Part shown: one piece after another, positions 56,206-64,000 of the stretch
Position numbering within the stretch: the stretch's first letter is position 1
Layout: the number at the start of each line of letters is the position of its first letter
Assembly (NCBI GenBank): GCA_963708095.1
Contig: OY970182.1
Location: 2,355,345 to 2,419,344, forward strand
DNA: 64,000 bases
Reading direction: 5' to 3'
Origin: an uncultured Pseudomonadota bacterium
GTDB taxonomy: Bacteria; Pseudomonadota; Alphaproteobacteria; Acetobacterales; Acetobacteraceae
Notes under the pieces: generated by a model
What the model was told of the DNA's origin: nothing
Seen by the model: the letters and a program-made list of their open reading frames with translations, nothing else
Database searches by the model: none
Made by a program: the position numbers and the translations under genes

Positions 56206-56282
56206 TACATCACGCTATCATGAAGAGGCATCACTCTCTAGTGGGACGCGAGGTCGGTGGGCGCGGCGAGAGGAGCTTGCGC

Positions 56283-57527
56283 TCATGCTCCTGTTTGGGG
56301 CGCCTTGTCCACAGGGCCGAGCAAGAAGCGTGGCTTCGGATATTCGCCTTTCTGGAGCGCGACTTCGAAGAGCTGAAGCAGGCCGTTCATTAGCCGCGTA
56401 GGCGACGGCAGTTTCAGCGCCATCACGTGGAGCGCGGCATATTCGAGGAGGACGGCCGGCGCCCCGCACGCCTGGGCGGCAGCAAGCACCGGTATGCTGC
56501 ATGCACGATAATCGTCGTCGAACATTTCGCGCACGACGACGAGACCGCAGATCAAGCGGTCGCCGACCACGAGGGTTTGCGGATCATCGTCGTCGCGGAT
56601 CACGATGGCCTCGCGCCCGAGGATATAGGTCATGGCCCCGCGCAGCTGCGCAGCTCCCTTTTCGATATGCGCCCGAATGGTCGCGCGTTTGCGTTCAATC
56701 GAGCGGCGCAGCGCCCGTTCGGTGTTGGGGCTATCCTTGGCTTGGACCACGAGAATGATGTCGTCAGTGATGCACATGACGTCAGCGAGTTCCTTGCCGG
56801 TGTCATCGCGAATGGGATTAAGGAAGACGCAGTCAGCAGCAAAGGCCCGGCGAAGCAGACGCGCGATGTCCCGCTCTTGATAAGCGCCGGGCTCCTCGCG
56901 TTCGAGGCTGTTAACCGCAGCATCGGCGCCCGCGCCTCGGTAATCGGTGGCCTCCAGCCGGGCATCGATGAACACGAAGTCAGAAGGGTATAGTTCGCTC
57001 TCGAGATGGATAGTAAAGGCCGCAGCATCGTCCGATGCGGTGCGATAGGCAAACCAGTCGTGCATCGCGCTTAACATGTCGGGCACCCTGTCGAGGTCCA
57101 ACATGCTCAGCTTGCTCCCGTTCCAGGTCGCGCCAAGCCGGTCCGCCTCGCCAAGCCTCGCGCTCACCCCTAACAGCTCGCGATCATGCTCGTCGAAAAA
57201 ATAGAGATTGAAGACACCTTGCCCGAGAAGGAGGCCGAGATCCGTTGCGAGCGCATCCTCGGCAAAGAGTGGGGTATAGATGACCAACGGCTCGTCGTGA
57301 TCGTCGAAGAAGGCGGTGATACAGCCGTGCGCTCGGCCCGGACTATGCACGTCTGGAATCAGATAGATCTTAATCTGCCGATTAAGGCGGGTGGTGAGGA
57401 TGGCCTCTTTGTTGATTTTGATGATCAGGCACAAGCGTCCGTCGGGCGGAACTCGCACTGGCTGCAGCCCATAGGCCAGATCGCCCAGATGGGCGAGGAT
57501 CTGCGGAAACTCAACGGAGAACAACAT
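56283..57527 (-). CDS. Hypothetical protein with a possible PD-(D/E)xK (Mrr-like QxK) nuclease core
   Basis: 414 aa from MLFSVEFPQ (GGAG 7 nt upstream). The segment GAYQERDIARLL...ELADVMCITDDIILVVQAKDS fits the E...D...QxK pattern. Family not recognised. Confidence 0.5.
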   Translation of the reverse strand: MLFSVEFPQILAHLGDLAYGLQPVRVPPDGRLCLIIKINKEAILTTRLNRQIKIYLIPDVHSPGRAHGCITAFFDDHDEPLVIYTPLFAEDALATDLGLLLGQGVFNLYFFDEHDRELLGVSARLGEADRLGATWNGSKLSMLDLDRVPDMLSAMHDWFAYRTASDDAAAFTIHLESELYPSDFVFIDARLEATDYRGAGADAAVNSLEREEPGAYQERDIARLLRRAFAADCVFLNPIRDDTGKELADVMCITDDIILVVQAKDSPNTERALRRSIERKRATIRAHIEKGAAQLRGAMTYILGREAIVIRDDDDPQTLVVGDRLICGLVVVREMFDDDYRACSIPVLAAAQACGAPAVLLEYAALHVMALKLPSPTRLMNGLLQLFEVALQKGEYPKPRFLLGPVDKAPQTGA

Positions 57528-57762
57528 GTCAGAACTCCGGCGTCCGTATGGGCCATTGGTGTGCTCGCAGCCCCATACGCATGCATAAAGCCTATCGGGT
57601 GACGGGCCAACCGCTGCTTCCGTGGCGCGCACCAGAATGAGCTGTATGGCTTCGACGGGCGCGAAGCGGACTCTGCCAGGTCGGGTGACCAGTTTCCGTT
57701 CTTGGCGCGCCGCAGTCGTCGGAGACGATGCTGGCGACCCCCTGCTTCCCCGGTCAAGCCGG

Positions 57763-59988
57763 CTATTGAGCACGGGTGTCGGTTCCAGCGGCCGCAGCTG
57801 GCACCCGCATCGCGGCCAACCATTCCCGCAGCTTCGACCAGCGCCGCCGTCCCGTCACGTTCCGTACCGCGATTGCCACCGCCTTCCGGCTGCCGACCAG
57901 CACAACCAGCCGCTTGCCGCGGGTGATGCCGGTATAGAGCAGGTTCCGTTGCAGCATGGCGTAGTGCTGCGTCAGCACCGGGATCACCACGGCGGGATAT
58001 TCCGATCCCTGCGCTTTGTGGATCGTCGCCGCATAGGCCGGTACCAGCGCATCAAGATCGCCAAGGCCATAGGTCACGTCACGCCCGTCGAACCGCACGG
58101 TGATCTCGGCCTCCTCGGTATCGATTGCTGCGATGAAGCCGATATCGCCGTTATTGACCTCGCGATCGTAGTCGTTCTCGATCTGCATGACCTTGTCGCC
58201 GGGCGCAAAGGTCCAGCCGAATTTCTCGACCTTCGGCGTCGCCTCGCCATTCAGCGCGGCCTGCAAGTCGATGTTCAGCGACCGCGCGCCGACGCCGCCG
58301 CGCGCCATCGGGCACAGCACCTGGATGTCGCGCACCGGATCGAGCTCGAACCGGCGGGGAATGCGGATCTTCACCAGATCGATGATGCGCGCGACGGCCG
58401 TCTCCGGGTCGTCGGCCTGGACGAAGTGGAAATCGCTCCCTGCCTCGGCGCGGGTCAGGTCCGGCATCTCGCCGCGATTGATCCGGTGCGCGCTGGTGAT
58501 GATCCGGCTGGAGGCCGCCTGGCGGAAGATCTCGGTCAGCCGCACCACCGGCACCGCGCCGGAGCCGATCAGGTCCGCCAGCACCTGGCCAGGCCCGACC
58601 GAGGGCAGCTGATCCACGTCGCCCACCACCAGCAGGGCGGCCGCTGTGGGGATCGCCCGGGTCAGCGCGTGCATCAGCGGCACGTCGACCATGGAGGCCT
58701 CGTCGATGACCAGCAGGTCGCACTCCAGGAGGTGATCCGGTCCGCGCCGGAACCCGCCGGTGCGCGGATCGACCTCCAGCAGGCGATGGATCGTCCGAGC
58801 CTCGAATCCGGTCGCCTCGCTCATCCGCTTCGCCGCCCGCCCGGTGGGAGCCGCGAGCAGGATGCGCACCGCCTTGGCGGCGAGGATGGCGAGGATCGCC
58901 CGCATGATCGTCGTCTTACCGACGCCGGGGCCGCCGGTGATCACCAGCAGCTTCGCGGCAAGGGCAAGGCCGACCGCCTGGCGCTGGCTCTCGGCGAGCG
59001 TCATGCCGATCCGCCGCTCGACCCAGGGGATGGCCCTTTCCGCGTCGATCGCCGGCCAGGGCAGCGCGCCGGAGGCGACCGCCCGCAGCCGTTCGGCGAT
59101 GCCACGCTCCGCGTGGTAGAGGCCGGCGAGGAAGACGCAGTCCGCCTCGTCGACGCGGTCGGCGATCACCGCGCCGTCGGCCAGTTCGAGATCGAGCGCG
59201 GTGCGGATCAGCGCCTCCGGCACCTCCAGCAGGCGTTCCGCGAGCGGGATCAGTTCCGCGACGGGCAGCCCGCAATGGCCCTCGTCCATCGCCTCGGAGA
59301 GGGCATAGCCGATGCCGGCGCGGACGCGGATCATCGCCGTCTTCTCGATGCCGAGCCGGGCGGCGATGGCATCCGCCGTCTTGAAGCCGATGCCTCTTAT
59401 GTCGCGCGCGAGCCGGTACGGGTTCTCGCTCATCACCTGGATGGCGTCGGCCCCGTAGGTCTTGAAGATACGCACGGCGCGCGCCGTGCCGACGCCGTGG
59501 CTGTGCAGAAACACCATGATCTCGCGGATCACCTTCTGCTCGGCCCAGGCATCGACGATACGCTTCGCCCGGACCTCGCCGATCCCGCCCACCTCACGCA
59601 GGCGCTGTGGCGCACCCTCGATGATGTCGAACACCGCCTCGCCGAAGCCGCGGACCAGCTTCTTCGCGTAGACCGGCCCGATGCCGCGGATCATGCCGGA
59701 GGCGAGGTAGCGCTCGATTCCCTCGGCGGTGGTGGGTGCTGAGGTCTTCAGGAACCGCGCCTTGAACTGCTGGCCGTGGGTGCGGTCGTTCACCCACTCC
59801 CCGGTGGCGGTGATCCACTCGCCGGCGGCGATGGCAGCGGCGTGGCCGACGATGGTGACGAGGTCGCGGTGCCCGCGCGCCTTCACCCGCAGCACGGCGA
59901 AGCCGCTCTCGGCATTGTGGAACGTCACCCGCTCGACGATGCCGGCGAGCACTTCGCCATCGGGCCACGGGGCTTGGTGCTCGGTCAT
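57763..59988 (-). CDS. RecD2/TraA-like SF1B helicase
   Basis: 741 aa. N-terminal OB/HhH region, Walker A LVITGGPGVGKTT, Walker B LLVIDEASMVD, and a C-terminal SH3-like region. Confidence 0.9.
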   Translation of the reverse strand: MTEHQAPWPDGEVLAGIVERVTFHNAESGFAVLRVKARGHRDLVTIVGHAAAIAAGEWITATGEWVNDRTHGQQFKARFLKTSAPTTAEGIERYLASGMIRGIGPVYAKKLVRGFGEAVFDIIEGAPQRLREVGGIGEVRAKRIVDAWAEQKVIREIMVFLHSHGVGTARAVRIFKTYGADAIQVMSENPYRLARDIRGIGFKTADAIAARLGIEKTAMIRVRAGIGYALSEAMDEGHCGLPVAELIPLAERLLEVPEALIRTALDLELADGAVIADRVDEADCVFLAGLYHAERGIAERLRAVASGALPWPAIDAERAIPWVERRIGMTLAESQRQAVGLALAAKLLVITGGPGVGKTTIMRAILAILAAKAVRILLAAPTGRAAKRMSEATGFEARTIHRLLEVDPRTGGFRRGPDHLLECDLLVIDEASMVDVPLMHALTRAIPTAAALLVVGDVDQLPSVGPGQVLADLIGSGAVPVVRLTEIFRQAASSRIITSAHRINRGEMPDLTRAEAGSDFHFVQADDPETAVARIIDLVKIRIPRRFELDPVRDIQVLCPMARGGVGARSLNIDLQAALNGEATPKVEKFGWTFAPGDKVMQIENDYDREVNNGDIGFIAAIDTEEAEITVRFDGRDVTYGLGDLDALVPAYAATIHKAQGSEYPAVVIPVLTQHYAMLQRNLLYTGITRGKRLVVLVGSRKAVAIAVRNVTGRRRWSKLREWLAAMRVPAAAAGTDTRAQ

Positions 59989-60000
59989 CGCCTGGTTCCG

Positions 60001-60183
60001 TCAGGCGGGCGGAAGCGGGGCGAGCAGGTCGGCGTCGTTGTTGGCTGGCCGGTTGACCAGTGTACTCACCGGCCAAACCCGCAACGTGTCCTTGGCCGCC
60101 GGGTGCAGCAGCGATCCGGCGTCGCCCTCGATCTCGCCGAGCCATAGCGGCCAGTCGGGCGGTTCGACAATCACGGGCATGCG
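60001..60183 (-). pseudogene. C-terminal fragment of an SOS-response-associated peptidase (SRAP/YedK) gene
   Basis: RMPVIVEPPDWPLWLGE...LRVWPVSTLVNRPANNDADLLAP. Confidence 0.75.
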
Positions 60184-60247
60184 GCAGGTTATCCGCACCA
60201 AGGCCAGCCATGCCACAATGGCAGGGTCCCCTTCGGCGGAGGCCGCC

Positions 60248-61438
60248 ATGTCCGTGCCCGCGAAAGGCTTCGCCGTCAGAGAGGACCGTGTCGGCAGCCC
60301 CTCACACGAGGTCACGGGCACCGCCGGCAGCGTCGAGCCGGCGGTACACGCGTTTCTGCTCGACCTTTTCGTCGCTGATTGCAGCCCGGCCACAGTCAAG
60401 TCCTATGCCTTCGCCCTCTGCTCCTGGCTGAACTTCCTCGCCGCGAACGCTACCGCTTGGCAGAACGCCCGGCCGGAGCATCTGCGCGATTATGTCCTTC
60501 ACCTGCGCACCGCCGACAATCCCCATCGCGCGCGGCATCGAAAGGATGGCCCCGCGCCCGGTAGCGCCAATACCCGTACTGGCAAGCCTTACCTCGCGGC
60601 CGGGTACCAACCGGCGACCATCAATCACCGGCTGAGCGTCATTCAGGGCTTCTATGCTTTCCAGCAGCATGCAACCGGATGCGCCGCCTTTGAGCGCTTA
60701 TTCGTTTTCGGGCGCCGCCGTGCTCACCACAGCCCACTCGACCCCTGGCCGCTGCGCCGGCGAACTGGGTATCGGCAGCGGCAACCGAAGCGCATCCCGC
60801 GCGCCTTGACCGACGATCTCTGGAAGGATGTGTTCGCCAGCCTTGCCTTCGACAGGGACCGGGCGATTTTGTGCCTGCTCGTCTCTTCCGGTAGCCGTGC
60901 GCAGGAACTGCTCGACATGCGCGCCGCCGACGTCGATTGGGGCGGCCAGCGGGTTTGCCTCACCTGCAAGGGCACGCGGGACCGGACGTGGGTGGCGGCC
61001 TCGCCCGAATTCTTCAGGTGGCTGGCCGCCTACCTGACCCAGCGCAGTCATGCCCCGCCGGAAGCGCCACTTTGGGTCACCCTGCGCCGACCGGTGCGTC
61101 CACTTCGCTATCCGGCGCTGCGTGCCATCTTCACGCGCGTCAATGCACGGCTCGGCACCAACATCATGGCGCATGACCTACGCCACACCTGTGCGCTCCG
61201 CCTTGCAGCGGACCCGGCGGTACCCCTCGTGCACGTGCAGGCTCACATGCGACACCGACACATTGCCACAACCGAGCACTACCTGATCGCGCGGCCGGAT
61301 GATGTCGTGGCGCAGCTCCGCGCTCACCTTTCCCGCAAACCGTCTGCCGGCGGGAGTGCCGCGGCGGGCGCCGACGCCTGGAATTACGAGCCGAGCGATC
61401 TGGCCGTGCTGCTTGGCGGCAACGGGAGCAGGCGATGA
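60248..61438 (+). CDS. Tyrosine recombinase (smaller subunit)
   Basis: GGAGG lies 5 nt before the ATG at 60248 (alternative start 60218). HDLRHTCALRLAAD...MRHRHIATTEHYLI. Confidence 0.85.
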   Translation: MSVPAKGFAVREDRVGSPSHEVTGTAGSVEPAVHAFLLDLFVADCSPATVKSYAFALCSWLNFLAANATAWQNARPEHLRDYVLHLRTADNPHRARHRKDGPAPGSANTRTGKPYLAAGYQPATINHRLSVIQGFYAFQQHATGCAAFERLFVFGRRRAHHSPLDPWPLRRRTGYRQRQPKRIPRALTDDLWKDVFASLAFDRDRAILCLLVSSGSRAQELLDMRAADVDWGGQRVCLTCKGTRDRTWVAASPEFFRWLAAYLTQRSHAPPEAPLWVTLRRPVRPLRYPALRAIFTRVNARLGTNIMAHDLRHTCALRLAADPAVPLVHVQAHMRHRHIATTEHYLIARPDDVVAQLRAHLSRKPSAGGSAAAGADAWNYEPSDLAVLLGGNGSRR

Positions 61439-63690
61439 CAGGCTGGACCACCGTGCGCCCGACAGAAGGCGAGACAATGCGTCTGCTTTACGAGGAGCAC
61501 TTCGCGCGCTACGAACTCAGCAAGGGCCAGCGGGTGCGCTATCGCAGGGGATTACAGATGTTGCTCGCATGGCTGCGCCCAGCGCCATGCGAATCCTGGC
61601 AGGGAGTCTGGGGGACACGCGTTGAAGCCAAGGGCGCATGGAAGGATCTGATCGCTCCCCTGGAGCACAGCGGACGCACCTGCTTGTACAAAGCGGTCCA
61701 GGTTCTTGTCGCGAACCGCGTCGTACGCCCGAGCTATGGTTGGCTGCTCGGTCATGGCCTCGGCGATGTCTATTATCTGCTGTTCGACACGACCGAGTGC
61801 GAGGCGCGCGATCGTATCGCCGGCGCTGCACGTGAGCTCGGTTACGGTGCTCATACCCTGAACAGCGTCTGGGTCTTGCTCGGCCGTGTCCTGGCGCATA
61901 CCGGCAAGACCCTCGACGACGTCAGCTCGGCTGACCTGTTGGAGCTACGCGCTGCGGCACACGACACCGACCATGTAGTGGTAGGACATTTCGCGGTGAC
62001 GCGGCTTCTATTCCACCTCGGAATTGTTCGAGATCCATTGCTCTCACCAGGTTATTTCCGTACCGTCCGACCTACCGTCGAGCAACTGGTAGATGGCTTC
62101 GACATTCGCACCTCTGCTGCCCGCGAAGTGTTCGCGCTCTACCTCAAAGAGCGCGAGCCCACACTGGACTTCAACTCCTTGCGTCAGATCGCTAACAGTT
62201 TGTTACGACTGTTCTGGTGTGACATCGAGGCGCATCACCCGGACGTGGCGGGTCTCAACCTGTCCGGTGATGTTATCGACCAATGGCGGCGGCGTGTCCG
62301 CCTGCTGCCCAGCGGGCAGCCACGCGCCAACTTCGAAGCCGTCTTCTTCACCGTACGGGCCTTCTATCTCGACATCCTGCAGTGGTCGACCACAAACCCA
62401 GGCGTATGGGCGCGGTACGCCTGTCCATGCCCGATTCGCGATAGCGACCTTGCATCGAATCGCAAGAGCGTTCTTCAGCAACGTGCGCGCACGCATGCGC
62501 GCATTCGTCTCATGCAGCCCATGCTGACGCGCTTCGTCACCCATGTGCGCAAGCACCGTCACGCAGCCGAGCGGCTGCTGGCGGCAGCAAGCGCCTGCCC
62601 GGCAGGCGGCACATTCGAGCTGGACGGCGTCCGCTACATTCGGCAACGTCACTCAGTGACGACAGAGCGACAGTGCGGGACAGCCGTGCCAGTAATGATC
62701 CGCCAGGTCGATCTGCCCGCAGAGAGAAATCTCAACTGCCGGATCATGGAAGATCGGGCATTCTGGGCGTGGGCAGTGACGGAGATACTGCGCCTGACCG
62801 GTCTACGCTGTGAGGAGCTGCTCGAGCTGACTCACGTCAGCTTGCGCGACCACACGATGGCCGATGGTCAGCGTGTGCTCTTACTCCAGATCGCCCCGTC
62901 CAAACAGGATCGTGAGCGCGTCCTGCCTGTATGCCCCGAACTCGCGCACGTGCTCGCGCAGGTGGTCGAACGCGCCCGCGGCAAAGCGCGCCAGATTCCC
63001 TGCATTCCGCGATACGATCCTTGCGAGCGCAGCATCAGCGCCCCGTTGCCCTACCTGTTCCAGGGTGGCCCGAAGCGCCAGCGGGGCGTGTTCTGTCGTG
63101 AACACATTCGCCAGCTGCTTCGGGACGCCAGCGCTTCGGCCGGCTTGGAGGATAGCGACGGTGTCCGGGTCGGCTTCCAGCCGCACGACTTTCGTCGGCT
63201 GCTCGCAACCGAGGCCGTCAATAGCGGTCTGCCACTGCACATCGCGGCCAAGCTGCTGGGGCACACCGACTTGAATACGACGCGCGGCTACGTCGCTGTG
63301 TATGAGGAGGAGGTGGTTCGCCAATATCAGATCTATCTTGCCCGGCGCCGCACCTTCCGACCGCCGCACGAATACCGTGAGCCGACGACCGCCGAATGGT
63401 CCGAGTTCGCCAAGCACTTCCGACGGCGAAGAATGGCCCTTGGCGACTGCTACCGGCCGTATGGCACCGATTGTCCGCACGAGCACGCTTGCATTCGCTG
63501 TTCGCAGCTTCGGGTGGACCCGACGCAGCTGCCGCGCCTGCAAGAAATTGAGGTGGACACGCATCGTCTGCTGAATGAAGCACGGCACCACGGCTGGGAA
63601 GGTGAAGCCGCGGCTCTGGCGATGACCCTCGCGCACACGCGGGAGAAAAAGACGCAGGCCGAACGGCTTCAAGCTGCCGATACGGCATAG
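61435..63690 (+). CDS. Tyrosine recombinase (large subunit)
   Basis: 751 aa with an ATGA overlap with the upstream stop. HDFRRLLATEAVNSGLPLHIAAKLLGHTDLNTTRGYVA. Confidence 0.9.
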   Translation: MTGWTTVRPTEGETMRLLYEEHFARYELSKGQRVRYRRGLQMLLAWLRPAPCESWQGVWGTRVEAKGAWKDLIAPLEHSGRTCLYKAVQVLVANRVVRPSYGWLLGHGLGDVYYLLFDTTECEARDRIAGAARELGYGAHTLNSVWVLLGRVLAHTGKTLDDVSSADLLELRAAAHDTDHVVVGHFAVTRLLFHLGIVRDPLLSPGYFRTVRPTVEQLVDGFDIRTSAAREVFALYLKEREPTLDFNSLRQIANSLLRLFWCDIEAHHPDVAGLNLSGDVIDQWRRRVRLLPSGQPRANFEAVFFTVRAFYLDILQWSTTNPGVWARYACPCPIRDSDLASNRKSVLQQRARTHARIRLMQPMLTRFVTHVRKHRHAAERLLAAASACPAGGTFELDGVRYIRQRHSVTTERQCGTAVPVMIRQVDLPAERNLNCRIMEDRAFWAWAVTEILRLTGLRCEELLELTHVSLRDHTMADGQRVLLLQIAPSKQDRERVLPVCPELAHVLAQVVERARGKARQIPCIPRYDPCERSISAPLPYLFQGGPKRQRGVFCREHIRQLLRDASASAGLEDSDGVRVGFQPHDFRRLLATEAVNSGLPLHIAAKLLGHTDLNTTRGYVAVYEEEVVRQYQIYLARRRTFRPPHEYREPTTAEWSEFAKHFRRRRMALGDCYRPYGTDCPHEHACIRCSQLRVDPTQLPRLQEIEVDTHRLLNEARHHGWEGEAAALAMTLAHTREKKTQAERLQAADTA

Positions 63691-63834
63691 CGTGGGGAGA
63701 CCTCCTCCAGGTCACCTGAGTTGGCGGTGTCATGACGCACATCAACTCAATCGAGCTCCGCGGCCGGGTGCGGACCCACGGCAAATATCTGGGCCTGCCG
63801 CCTATCTAAGCTTGACGCGCGTGGTGCAGATAAG

Positions 63835-64000
63835 GTCGTGGATGGGCGCCATGGTCGCGTTCGCGGCGGTGACGATGATGGCGAAGCTGCGCAGCACTTC
63901 GCCCTCGGGACTGCGCCAGCCTTCCCAGAGACCGGCAAAGGCCAGCGTCTCGCCGTCCCGCCGGGCGATCGCGTAGGGCTGCTTGGAGCCGTTCTCGGTG
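63835..64000 (-). pseudogene. Upstream part of the split SRAP gene (runs off the window)
   Basis: The minus frame reads TENGSKQPYAIARRDGETLAFAGLWEGWRSPEGEVLRSFAIIVTAANATMAPIHD, which is canonical SRAP. Confidence 0.75.

Larger units (their letters stand above)
60184..63834 (+). mobile_element. Second two-tyrosine-recombinase element, inserted in the SRAP gene
   Basis: The ends carry TTATCCGCACCA (left) and, on the reverse complement, TTATCTGCACCA (right). Removing 60184-63834 restores ...MAPIHD|RMPVIVEPP... No clear target duplication. Confidence 0.75.

Noticed and set aside
1-64000. CRISPR arrays, rRNA, tRNA genes, or an att site/integrase marking an ICE end.
   Set aside because: I saw no regularly spaced short repeats and no tRNA- or rRNA-like sequence by eye. 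The element boundaries appear to lie outside the window.

Overview
High-GC, alphaproteobacterium-like segment of a conjugative element (ICE or plasmid; no integrase/att end or tRNA seen in the window). Layout: 1-13.6 kb holds a complete minus-strand Trb-type type IV secretion operon (traG-copG-trbB-C-D-E-J-K-L-F-G-I-DUF2274) flanked by two toxin-antitoxin modules. 14.8-23.6 kb is the DNA-processing and maintenance backbone: relaxase, lytic transglycosylase, TraF-type S26 peptidase, DUF2840, RepA, several HTH regulators and DUF736. 24.3-27.8 kb is small metabolic cargo (MocR regulator, PhzF, RidA, GNAT). 28-40.3 kb and 50.6-60 kb are establishment/anti-restriction backbone: DUF2493, Toprim protein, giant methylase-helicase, ParB-like, ArdC, RecD2-like helicase and SRAP. 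Three independent multi-tyrosine-recombinase mobile elements each split a backbone ORF precisely. These are a recombinase-in-trio element with 606-bp perfect inverted repeats inside a Toprim gene (30139-35738), and two two-recombinase elements inside a DUF6915-like gene (47024-50464) and an SRAP gene (60184-63834). The most interesting cargo is a lower-GC island at 40.6-44.8 kb encoding a WYL regulator divergent from a ubiquitin-like protein-E2-JAB-E1 operon (Bil-like conjugation/defence system with atypical features). A lower-GC DUF3644 + putative nuclease pair at 55.0-57.5 kb comes next. Two families of repeated, structurally covarying leaders sit directly upstream of backbone genes. Many long alternative-frame ORFs in the track are GC-driven artefacts. 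All family names are from motif recognition by eye; no database search was possible.
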